Shown here one piece after another: positions 29,103-38,319 of a DNA stretch of 52,850 nt. The translations under genes and the position numbers were made by a program. A model generated the notes under the pieces. That model was not told the origin of the DNA. It was given only the letters and a program-made list of their open reading frames with translations, and made no database searches. Origin of the DNA: a virus (lineage: Duplodnaviria; Heunggongvirae; Uroviricota; Caudoviricetes); the IMG/VR virus record IMGVR_UViG_2713896799_000020; one strand, 5' to 3'. Numbering within the stretch: position 1 is the first letter of the stretch; every line of letters begins with the position of its first letter.

Positions 29103-29273
29103 CATTTCCTCTTTTAGTCTGTTATGACTTTCCAGTTACACAGTAAGTCGATTATATGGTGCAAACGTGTAAAAGATAAGATGAAACATCGCAATAATCA
29201 ACATACGATAGTCTAAATTTTACACAAACAGACAAAGAGAATTTTCCTGAATTATCAATGCAATAGCATCAAA

Positions 29274-29546
29274 TCAACTCAAGAGCCTTATTGCTGCTTC
29301 CAGAATTTCTTCTGAAGTAACATGTCGATCCGCGGCTACATAAATGACTTTATGATCTCCGGTCAGAGATGGAAACCCTGCGGCCATTACAGTAAGGTGT
29401 GTTTTTTCGCCATTTGGATATTCACGCATGATGGTGTTAACTCCAGTCATCGCTGGCACTACCACTGCTGGTTCAGAGTTAAAAAAAACTATGATTTTTT
29501 TCATGATGTTACCGTAGTATGTGAGTATCCATCGAATAGACACCAA
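29274..29546 (-). CDS. ynfN: small prophage protein between gnsB and cspI (YnfN position); true start may be internal MKKIIVFF
   Basis: 90-aa track ORF; synteny with K-12 Qin; gene name assigned by position only. Confidence 0.45.
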   Translation of the reverse strand: MVSIRWILTYYGNIMKKIIVFFNSEPAVVVPAMTGVNTIMREYPNGEKTHLTVMAAGFPSLTGDHKVIYVAADRHVTSEEILEAAIRLLS

Positions 29547-29550
29547 GCAA

Positions 29551-29575
29551 AAAAGCTCCCGAAGGAGCCTTCATT
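29551..29575 (-). terminator. putative Rho-independent terminator between cspI and the downstream small gene
   Basis: hairpin GGCTCC-TTCG-GGAGCT followed by a U-run on the minus strand. Confidence 0.4.
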
Positions 29576-29775
29576 TTCACTTTTTTAAATCCAACGACAG
29601 ACGGCTGGCATTTAAGTATTGTGAAATATTATCAAATGTAATCATCATTGATTTACAAAAGATACATTTTGCCCCGAAAGGATTCATGTCAGAAACATCA
29701 AAAGATGATGTTCTATACTGGGAACCATGACAACACGGGCATCTAAAGTGAATATGGTTTGTAATATTGTCTACC

Positions 29776-29988
29776 TCAAAGCGCCACTACATGAACAGCG
29801 GCAGGACCTTTAGGTCCGTTCTCAATACCAAATTCAACTTCCTGATTCTCAGTTAATGTTTTGAAATCGTTGCTCTGAATTGCTGAGAAATGGACAAACA
29901 CATCTTTGCTGCCATCTTTCGGCGTGATGAAACCAAAACCTTTTTCAGGGTTAAACCATTTCACTAAACCAGTCATTTTGTTAGACAT
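29776..29988 (-). CDS. cspI: cold shock protein CspI (CspA family, 70 aa)
   Basis: [34 protein letters not shown] with RNP1/RNP2 motifs; long 5' UTR upstream. Confidence 0.9.
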   Translation of the reverse strand: MSNKMTGLVKWFNPEKGFGFITPKDGSKDVFVHFSAIQSNDFKTLTENQEVEFGIENGPKGPAAVHVVAL

Positions 29989-30350
29989 AATTATTACCTT
30001 TTGAAGAAATTAGCCCTTGGGCAGAATGGTCCGAAAAAAAATATCAGAGAGAAAAACCAACAAGGAAATCTCAAGAGGTACAAATAATAAAATTATAACA
30101 ATGACTGCTTCAGATAAATTTGTAACAAACCAGAACACCATTAACGCATGATTAACCACCCATAGCAAGGATTACTTTTGTAAAGAAAAACACAGCAATG
30201 AAAGAATAGCTTTATTTATTAATAAAACGTGTCATTCTGATTAAGACCTTTTATCTTACCCTTAAGATTTCAGGAATTTTGGCTCATGGAAGAGTCCTTT
30301 TTATTTAAATTTTACATTCCGCGATGTAAATGTTCCGATTTAATATTACC

Positions 30351-31374
<1,024 letters not shown>

Positions 31375-31378
<4 letters not shown>

Positions 31379-31686
31379 AGATATTTATGATGAGGACGCT
31401 CGTGCTTATTGGCAGGATTTTCAATCTTAAAGGAGTACTGATGCTGCAGATAAGACTCAACTTTTTCTGACAATTTTTCTGCTACTTCCAGGAAGACTTG
31501 CCGGACGCTCCTTCTGGCTGCTGCCTCATAAAACTCCAGCGCAGCTCCTTCAACACGGTCCATGGCGACATCCAGGTCAAAAATTTCACCGTCAAAGCGT
31601 TCTTTGTCCTGTAAGGCTACAGTTACCGTAACTTTATTCTCAAAATTACGGACTCCTTTCACAACCAGTTCATAGTCTTGAGTCAT
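31375..31686 (-). CDS. ydfR: YdfR, lysis-cassette-associated protein of unknown function (103 aa)
   Basis: 103-aa ORF between holin and endolysin; matches K-12 YdfR as recalled. Confidence 0.75.
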
Positions 31687-31690
31687 TGGA

Positions 31691-31906
31691 TTACTCTCCT
31701 CTCGCAGCCTTACGCCTGTCTTCTTTAATCTTGAAATAAAGATTTGTCAGATACGTCAGCAGGCCAAAAACCAGGCTACCCAGCACACCGATTGCAGCCC
31801 ACTGTGACGGAGTTACTTTATCGAGTAACTGCAATGCCCAGAAACCAGCATTACCCGCCGATGTGCCATAGGCAACACCTGTTGTTAACTTATCCATTGA
31901 TTTCAT
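31691..31906 (-). CDS. essQ: holin/pinholin (71 aa)
   Basis: start [14 protein letters not shown] within track ORF 31691..31981; two TM segments and charged C-terminus. Confidence 0.8.
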   Translation of the reverse strand: MKSMDKLTTGVAYGTSAGNAGFWALQLLDKVTPSQWAAIGVLGSLVFGLLTYLTNLYFKIKEDRRKAARGE

Positions 31907-32125
31907 ATCCTCACCCCGATGTACACGGATGGTGCAATATGTTTGAAAAGATCGGAGTCTACGGGGTAGTTTTGACAGCACACGTTGTTCTCAACGGCGC
32001 TAAAAAAACATACACATTAAAAATGTGGGTAATTATTTTGAAAGAAAGTCATATATAAAATAATAATACGAGAAATGTTTTCATATTTAGTGTACTGTAT
32101 ACGGCCATTTATACAGGAAAAGCCT

Positions 32126-32296
32126 ATGTCAGAACGTAAAAACTCAAAATCACGCCGTAATTATCTCGTTAAATGTTCCTGCCCAAACTGCACCCAAGAG
32201 TCAGAACACAGTTTTTCAAGAGTACAAAAAGGTGCCCTTTTGATCTGCCCTCATTGCAACAAAGTATTCCAGACAAATCTTAAAGCTGTAGCCTGA
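32126..32296 (+). CDS. small zinc-ribbon protein (56 aa) with two CxxC pairs (CPNC ... CPHC)
   Basis: start MSERKNSKSRRNYLVKCSCPNCTQESEHSF within track ORF 32075..32296; possibly the K-12 small protein at this position (name not certain). Confidence 0.45.
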   Translation: MSERKNSKSRRNYLVKCSCPNCTQESEHSFSRVQKGALLICPHCNKVFQTNLKAVA

Positions 32297-32353
32297 TTGA
32301 TTTTATTAGTAACAAGTATTTTTTATATTTTAATAATATATTTAAAGCAGATA

Positions 32354-32378
32354 ATAAAAAACCCGCCTGAGCGGGTTT
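32354..32378 (-). terminator. putative Rho-independent terminator
   Basis: hairpin AACCCGC-CTGA-GCGGGTT preceded by an A-run on the plus strand (U-run on minus). Confidence 0.4.
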
Positions 32379-32659
32379 GAGATTGTGGTGCTTTTTGTGG
32401 GAGTCATCCACTTACGCACTTTGTTTTGCCATGCCAGCAGTTAGCTTCTGCTGTAAAACTATTCATGCAGCAAACCTGCACTTCACCACAATGGTTAGCA
32501 TACTTTTCCTGATTAATATTTTGCCAAATATGCTAGCCATTGTTTCATGTATTGGACCTCCTTACTTTTTATTAAAGAGATCCAATATTCACTACTCTGT
32601 CCGTATCTCTACTCAGGCATCAGCCTTCTTCGTTATCGTATACAGACGAGCGATGAATT

Positions 32660-32875
32660 TTAATCAGTAATGATGACATTTGCTGCTGCAGGACCTTTAG
32701 CACCACTCTCTATAGAGAAGGTAACCTTTTGACCTTCAAATAAGGTTCGATAATTATCATTCTGAATCGCAGAAAAATGCACAAACACATCTTTACTACC
32801 ATCAACAGGAGAAATAAAGCCGAAACCTTTATCAGCGTTAAACCATTTTACTAAACCAGTCATTTTATTTGACAT
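32660..32875 (-). CDS. cspB: cold shock protein CspB (CspA family, 71 aa)
   Basis: [34 protein letters not shown]; RNP motifs. Confidence 0.9.
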   Translation of the reverse strand: MSNKMTGLVKWFNADKGFGFISPVDGSKDVFVHFSAIQNDNYRTLFEGQKVTFSIESGAKGPAAANVIITD

Positions 32876-33175
32876 TCTACATTCCTTAACTTGAGCCTTT
32901 CGGCATAAATGGTTTGCATAACAGAAACGACTTCGTACTTAATTGGAGAGACTCAAAGAAGGAATAAGTGAATAACACCTGAAATGAGAACTGCTTTAGT
33001 AAACTACTTCGTATATCGTCTGTTCTTCAAACCGACGCAATCATTAACGCATAGTTGAACATATGAAGCAATGTTTATTTTAGACATCCAGCCATCTTCA
33101 ACCCCATCAAAAAACTATAGCTTTCTTCAGGAACGTGTGTATAGTGCGCCAAGTTATCAGTATTAAGGAATTTTT

Positions 33176-33388
33176 TTGTCCCGTAAAATGACAGGAATTG
33201 TCAAAACCTTTGACGGCAAAAGCGGCAAGGGTCTTATCACCCCATCCGATGGTCGTATCGATGTCCAGCTTCATGTTTCAGCGCTCAATCTCCGCGATGC
33301 AGAAGAAATTACCACCGGATTACGCGTGGAATTTTGCCGGATAAATGGTCTGCGTGGCCCTTCAGCTGCCAATGTTTACCTTTCATGA
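33176..33388 (+). CDS. cspF: cold-shock-domain protein CspF (divergent CspA paralog, 70 aa)
   Basis: [37 protein letters not shown]; divergent from cspB. Confidence 0.85.
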
Positions 33389-33442
33389 GCTATATTAAAG
33401 CTTTAATTTCAGGCCCCATCGGATCACACATGGAGAGTTTTT

Positions 33443-33532
33443 ATGAATAACCCCGTCTGTCTTGATGACTGGTTGATTGGCTTTAAAAGCTTATGCTGTA
33501 CTTTGGCCGTAATAGCTCTGCTAATAATATAA
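33443..33532 (+). CDS. small hydrophobic protein, 29 aa ([29 protein letters not shown]), hypothetical
   Basis: hand-read ORF with GGAGAG ribosome-binding site; 55 nt downstream of cspF on the same strand. Confidence 0.3.
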
Positions 33533-33679
33533 TAAGCAGACTCATTGTGTTTAGGGACATTGTACTGGAAGAAAACATTTTAAACATCAGGCAAATAACC
33601 AAGTCACCAGCTAAATAATAAGTTAACAGACATGAGTCCCGGGATGAGATTCAACATTACCATTGCCCCATTTAAAGCA

Positions 33680-33712
33680 CAAAACCCGCTCATCAGCGGG
33701 TTTTCTACTTTT
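33680..33712. terminator. bidirectional Rho-independent terminator; candidate tR-prime for the Q-dependent late transcript and terminator for cspF
   Basis: hairpin AAACCCGCT-CATC-AGCGGGTTT flanked by T-runs on both strands; ~100 nt downstream of quuQ. Confidence 0.5.
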
Positions 33713-33809
33713 TCTTAACGTCGGGTATACAAAGCCCATCGTTGAAAAAATTTTATCCATATTTTTTGAAAAATGCAAACATCATGTCGCCATCTTCAGC
33801 AAAAATCAT

Positions 33810-34562
33810 TTATCTCGTCACCTTCCTCAATTGCGCTTCCGCGTATGCTTCTTCCTGCCAGCACTTTGTTACCAGTTTACCAATGACGTCCGCATACCCC
33901 TTATACCACTGATAATCGGTCAGGTCTGGTACCAGCTTCTGGACATGACGTCGTGCCAGCGTGGTCGGTAAACGACTAAACCGGTTTCCATTACAACGCC
34001 CACAAATCTTATATACCGGTACGCCATGAAACCGGGTTCTTTTTTCATCCAGAACAATCCCTTTACCCTTACACCCTCTGCACGCTGTGCTGGCTTCGCC
34101 CTTACCATGGCAATGCTGACATAGTTCCTTCACCCATTCTTCCTTGATTACAGATTCCCCGCGTCTGTAGTGTTTCACCACTTCGCGCAATACATTATAA
34201 AATCCCGTACCTGAACAATGCTCACAGCGAGCCTTACTTGCCGCAGACCTGGAGTAATCAGCAAAGGCAAAACTCACGAGGTAAGGAATAATCTGTAACC
34301 GGATTTCTTCACTCAATTTGTTCAATGTCGGGTTATCCAGTGCCATCGCGTAATTTAGCAGGCCTTCAATCGCAAACTGAGGGTCCTGAACACCAACTTT
34401 TGCCAGAAATAAGGCCAACCCAAGTGGTGCTTTCGACTGCACCATCCCCTGCGCTGCCATTACATCCGTAATTGTTAAACAACCGGTGCCTGTCGCTGGA
34501 GCGTCATCGCTCAATTTTGGAGATTTTGGGGAGTAATATTTTGGTAAGGCTTCAAGGTTCAT
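33810..34562 (-). CDS. quuQ: late-gene antiterminator Q homolog (250 aa)
   Basis: start MNLEALPKYYSPKS within track ORF 33810..34592; Cys-rich zinc-finger region CEHCSGTG...CQHCHGKG...CRGCKGKG; matches K-12 QuuQ as recalled. Confidence 0.85.
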   Translation of the reverse strand: MNLEALPKYYSPKSPKLSDDAPATGTGCLTITDVMAAQGMVQSKAPLGLALFLAKVGVQDPQFAIEGLLNYAMALDNPTLNKLSEEIRLQIIPYLVSFAFADYSRSAASKARCEHCSGTGFYNVLREVVKHYRRGESVIKEEWVKELCQHCHGKGEASTACRGCKGKGIVLDEKRTRFHGVPVYKICGRCNGNRFSRLPTTLARRHVQKLVPDLTDYQWYKGYADVIGKLVTKCWQEEAYAEAQLRKVTR

Positions 34563-34575
34563 GCTCGTTCTCCAC

Positions 34576-35664
34576 TTACGCCAGTACGCCAATTGCCAGC
34601 GCGCGATCGATAAAACGAAATATCAGCTCCAGTTGGGAGCCATACTTATCTTCAAATGCCACTGTATCCGTATGCAGCTCGTTGTGATGCTTTCTGCACA
34701 AAGGCAACACAAAGAGATCATGTGCTTTTGTTCCCATTCCGCCCTGCCCGTGACCAATCAGATGATGCGGATCGTCGGCTGGCATACCGCAGCAAGCACA
34801 CGGCTGTGTCTTAACCCAACGTGTGTATTTCTCCTTAACCCAGCGGCGACGTTTAGGCAGCTTCATGAAAGATTCCGGAGACTCTGGATCAACGGTGATG
34901 CTTACCACCGTCTTTTCCTGTGGTGATTTTTGTTGCTGGTGGGCGTAAGGCAACGGTGCAAGATTTTTTGTGCGTTGTTTCAATATGCTGGTGGCGGTCT
35001 GCTCTCCCGGTACGATGTCGCTTTCGCGGTACACCGAGCAGATTTTTTCCGCTGGTAATCCCAGCGAACGACGCGATACAGCCTCAGGTAGTGCATCCAC
35101 CACCTGATTGCAGACCGCCCACCAGGATAATTCAGCCAAAGATAATTCCCGCTCCTGCGTACCGCTTATTGCGTGACGGATGACGTCAATCACCCATGCT
35201 GTCAGATTTTGTTGAGCAAGCAGCTCCAGTGATTCCGATGTCTGGTCACGCAGTTGGTTGTCGCAGTGCCAGCACAACACCATTGCGCCGGTACCATAAC
35301 GGTGAATGACTGTTTCAGTGTGATGGTAATCGCCATTAGGCCACTGGCAGGATGTAACATGACGTAATAGCCAGTCGGACAATGCGCCAACGCCGCCAGC
35401 AGCACGAATCACCCGTTCGTTACTAAAAAACGGCAGCAATGTTTTGTCTTCCGCCAGCGGCTGGCGAACGGCAGGAACGACTCCGGATGGCAGATTACGC
35501 ATGCTTTTTGGTTCCGGTTCCACCAGCACTCGAGGATTATGAAATATCTGTATGGATTCACGGCCCGGCTTAAGGACCACCAGCCCAAGCTCAGGCACCA
35601 GAACAGGTCTAAGTAATACCCGCACGTTACCTCCAGATCCGTTGCTGGAAAGTGCGGGACGCAC
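34576..35664 (-). CDS. ydfU: DUF968-family prophage protein YdfU
   Basis: 362-aa track ORF upstream of quuQ; C-terminal HNH-like Cys/His cluster (CACCGMPADDPHHLIGHGQGGMGTKAHD...CRKHHNELH). Confidence 0.75.
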   Translation of the reverse strand: MRPALSSNGSGGNVRVLLRPVLVPELGLVVLKPGRESIQIFHNPRVLVEPEPKSMRNLPSGVVPAVRQPLAEDKTLLPFFSNERVIRAAGGVGALSDWLLRHVTSCQWPNGDYHHTETVIHRYGTGAMVLCWHCDNQLRDQTSESLELLAQQNLTAWVIDVIRHAISGTQERELSLAELSWWAVCNQVVDALPEAVSRRSLGLPAEKICSVYRESDIVPGEQTATSILKQRTKNLAPLPYAHQQQKSPQEKTVVSITVDPESPESFMKLPKRRRWVKEKYTRWVKTQPCACCGMPADDPHHLIGHGQGGMGTKAHDLFVLPLCRKHHNELHTDTVAFEDKYGSQLELIFRFIDRALAIGVLA

Positions 35665-35905
35665 GTGGTGGGCGTTCGGAATAAGGCAGCCTGACAGAGA
35701 TTATCCAGTGCCGATAGTCGAGACTGAGAGCTTTCTTAACCTCGAACCCGCGCCTGCGGTAAGAATGAATCAGCCATTCGGCCTGTTCTGCAGTGCATGG
35801 AGGGTGCTGGAACCATTCAGACTTGAATGCGTGAGAATACCGCCCGTGCGTGCAGGCAAGAACGGGCGAATTATCAGAATTGTAATATTTTGCGTTGCGT
35901 GCCAT
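35627..35905 (-). CDS. hypothetical 92-aa protein with Cys/His motif (CTHGRYSHAFKSEWFQHPPC)
   Basis: track ORF between rem and ydfU, overlapping the ydfU start by ~38 nt; C-terminal third low-complexity, so true extent uncertain. Confidence 0.3.
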   Translation of the reverse strand: MARNAKYYNSDNSPVLACTHGRYSHAFKSEWFQHPPCTAEQAEWLIHSYRRRGFEVKKALSLDYRHWIISVRLPYSERPPRASRTFQQRIWR

Positions 35906-35971
35906 CGGTTTTCTCCGGTGGCACGGTGTTACTCAGCGGGAGTTCAGCCCCGCGCAAGATTGTAGATGAGT

Positions 35972-36223
35972 TTATTCTCCTGAAAAAGCAGAAAAGCCAG
36001 CTTTTATTCCGATCTCTTTCAATGCCTGTAATGAAGTGACAAACTCACCTTCGCGCAAGATAAATCCGTCCGTGACCCGAGCATCCACAAAATTAATTAA
36101 CGCAGCCCCATTCTTTCGCAAACACATAATGCGGTAATGACTAACAAGATTTCCATTTTCAACGCACACAGCATAGAGGCCATCTTCACAAAAAATTTTA
36201 CGCAGTTCTTCGATGTTCATCAT
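35972..36223 (-). CDS. rem: Rem (83 aa, unknown function)
   Basis: MMNIEELRKIFCEDGLYAVCVENGNLVSHYRIMCLRKNG matches K-12 Rem as recalled. Confidence 0.8.
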   Translation of the reverse strand: MMNIEELRKIFCEDGLYAVCVENGNLVSHYRIMCLRKNGAALINFVDARVTDGFILREGEFVTSLQALKEIGIKAGFSAFSGE

Positions 36224-36335
36224 CAGAATCCTTCCGGATAATTAGCTCTCCCCTTTAAGGGACCATCCCTCTTATCCCTGCGCGCTACTTAAGTATTTTT
36301 GATTCTATTCCGGCACCGTCCAGAACTTCAAACGC

Positions 36336-36370
36336 GTTGAAAATAAAAACAAAAACCCGCCGAAGCGGGT
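36336..36370 (-). terminator. Rho-independent terminator downstream of hokD
   Basis: hairpin AAACCCGC-CGAA-GCGGGTT followed on the minus strand by TTTTTGTTTTTATTTT. Confidence 0.55.
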
Positions 36371-36439
36371 TAAGTGCGGGTGCGTTGAGGATGCCTGCCA
36401 CATCAGAGGTGGCGAGGGATTTCTCCCCCGCCGGGTCTC

Positions 36440-36595
36440 TTACTCCTCAGGTTCGTAAGCTGTGAAGACAGCGACCTCCGTCTGGCCGGTTCGGATTCGT
36501 ACCTCGCAGAGGTCTTTCCTCGTTACCAGTGCCGTCACTATGACGGTTAAACAGATGACGATCAGGGCGATTAACATCGCCTTTTGCTGCTTCAT
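36440..36595 (-). CDS. hokD: Hok-family type I toxin HokD (RelF), 51 aa
   Basis: hand-translated MKQQKAMLIALIVICLTVIVTALVTRKDLCEVRIRTGQTEVAVFTAYEPEE; coordinates anchored to overlapping antisense track ORF. Confidence 0.85.
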   Translation of the reverse strand: MKQQKAMLIALIVICLTVIVTALVTRKDLCEVRIRTGQTEVAVFTAYEPEE

Positions 36596-36666
36596 AGCCT
36601 GCTTCTCCTGTCAACGCAAAGCAGAAGTGTCACCTTCGGTGCGAAACAGAGATGTCATGCTTTGGT

Positions 36667-36954
36667 TCAGAGAATGCGTTTGACCGCCTCGCTATATACT
36701 TCCGAGCGTTCTCTTTTCCCAACAGAAATCACGAAAACGACAACTTTCTCGTCTATAACCTGGTATACAAGGCGATAGCCTGAAGACCGGAGCTTAATCT
36801 TGTAACAATCAGGCATACCACGGAGCTTGTTTGCTTCAATCCGGGGTGACTCAAGTACTTCAACCAGCTTCTTTTTCAACTGTTCACGTACCGTCGAGCC
36901 CAGCTTTCGCCATTCCTTTAGTGCCCGCTCGTCAAAATCCAGAAAATACGCCAT
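36667..36954 (-). CDS. relE: RelE mRNA interferase toxin (95 aa)
   Basis: MAYFLDFDERALKEWRKLGSTVREQLKKKLVEVLESPRIEANKLRGMPDCYKIKLRSSGYRLVYQV. Confidence 0.9.
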   Translation of the reverse strand: MAYFLDFDERALKEWRKLGSTVREQLKKKLVEVLESPRIEANKLRGMPDCYKIKLRSSGYRLVYQVIDEKVVVFVISVGKRERSEVYSEAVKRIL

Positions 36955-37193
36955 CAGAGTTCATCCAGCGTCACACGTACTGGCTTAGGATTACGAAGCC
37001 GTTCTTTCACTATCTCCACAAGTTCAGCATCTTCATCACTCAGGAGTGTCTGTTTGAACGGCAAGCGTTCATTGTCAGCGATATACTCGAGCATGAGACG
37101 AAGCGCTTCAGAAGGAGTTACACCCATTTTTTCAAGCGCGGCGTAAGAACGCGCTTTAAGTTCATCGTCAATACGCAGGTTAATGCTACCCAT
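36954..37193 (-). CDS. relB: RelB antitoxin (79 aa)
   Basis: MGSINLRIDDELKARSYA...; stop overlaps relE start. Confidence 0.9.
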   Translation of the reverse strand: MGSINLRIDDELKARSYAALEKMGVTPSEALRLMLEYIADNERLPFKQTLLSDEDAELVEIVKERLRNPKPVRVTLDEL

Positions 37194-37217
37194 GTCTTAC
37201 ACCTCTTGTAATTACAA

Positions 37218-37523
37218 ATGTCATTACAAGTATCGCACTACAACATGCTTAGGGCAAGTCACGAAGGAAGTCAGAAAGTAGTCGTAAGAACGGTGATCAC
37301 TGTCCGCTTTGTGCCAGGAGCAGCCATTGCTAAGTCCATCCTGTATTGTGCAGGTCAGCTCGTTTTTAAAGAGTCCGGCCATCATCTTACTGGTACAGAC
37401 ACCATATACTTTGTGACGGTCAGGCTACATATGCACAACTCAACTTATTCATCTATTTTTTGCTTTAGCATGTCAGTGTTGCTTTCTCGTCGGCGGGTGA
37501 GCGGTGACCTGACCTGTCGATAA
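37218..37523 (+). CDS. ydfV: YdfV hypothetical protein
   Basis: 101-aa track ORF at the K-12 ydfV position; weak coding character. Confidence 0.4.
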   Translation: MSLQVSHYNMLRASHEGSQKVVVRTVITVRFVPGAAIAKSILYCAGQLVFKESGHHLTGTDTIYFVTVRLHMHNSTYSSIFCFSMSVLLSRRRVSGDLTCR

Positions 37524-37725
37524 AGGAACGTAACACGTTTTATGCAACACCCGCATGCGGCAGAAAATTATTGCCGAACGTTTACCCCTGTCAACAAGCT
37601 TTACTTTCTGAGGCGCGCCAGCCCGCGAGGAAAACAATCTGAACATCAAACAATTAATGACACAAGAAATACGATTAAAGATTTTTTTGTGCATGCCGAT
37701 AGTGCTTTTTTAAAAGGAGAAATCT

Positions 37726-38058
37726 ATGTCTGTCACAATTCAGGGAAATACCTCAACCGTTATTTCAAACAACTCCGCCCCGGAAGGAACATCAGAAATA
37801 GCCAAAATCACAAGACAAATTCAGGTGCTGACTGAAAAGCTTGGGAAAATCTCATCGGAAGAGGGGATGACGACACAGCAGAAAAAAGAAATGGCTGCAT
37901 TGGTACAGAAGCAAATTGAAAGCCTCTGGGCTCAACTGGAGCAGTTGTTAAGGCAGCAGGCAGAGAAAAAGAATGAAGACGCGACAGTTCAGCCTGATAA
38001 AAAAGAAGAGAAAAAAGACGATACAAATACCGCTGGCACCATTGATATTTACGTCTAA
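37726..38058 (+). CDS. flxA: FlxA (FliA-regulated protein, 110 aa)
   Basis: MSVTIQGNTSTVISNNSAPEGTSEIAKITRQIQVLTEKLGKISSEEGMTTQQKKEMAALVQKQIESLWAQLEQL; matches K-12 FlxA as recalled. Confidence 0.85.
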   Translation: MSVTIQGNTSTVISNNSAPEGTSEIAKITRQIQVLTEKLGKISSEEGMTTQQKKEMAALVQKQIESLWAQLEQLLRQQAEKKNEDATVQPDKKEEKKDDTNTAGTIDIYV

Positions 38059-38072
38059 GTGACAGCCGTATT

Positions 38073-38096
38073 GTGGCCCTCATCGGGCCACTTTTC
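38073..38096 (+). terminator. Rho-independent terminator of flxA
   Basis: hairpin GTGGCCC-TCATC-GGGCCAC followed by TTTTCGCC ~15 nt after the flxA stop. Confidence 0.6.
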
Positions 38097-38319
38097 GCCA
38101 TCAGCCTTTTCTTTAAAGACATATTATCTTTGTATCATTTCTGATAGTTAACATTACAAGATATAAGTAATGGACGCACTCCCAATTAGTCTATTTAAAT
38201 CGCCACGAGTTTAACTGACAACCCATGATCAATTATGAATTGCAACTATTTCTGTAGTCACTTTTGTGGGGACAGTCCACAAAACTGCCAACTTCCGCTT
38301 CTTGCTCTTAGCGGACATT

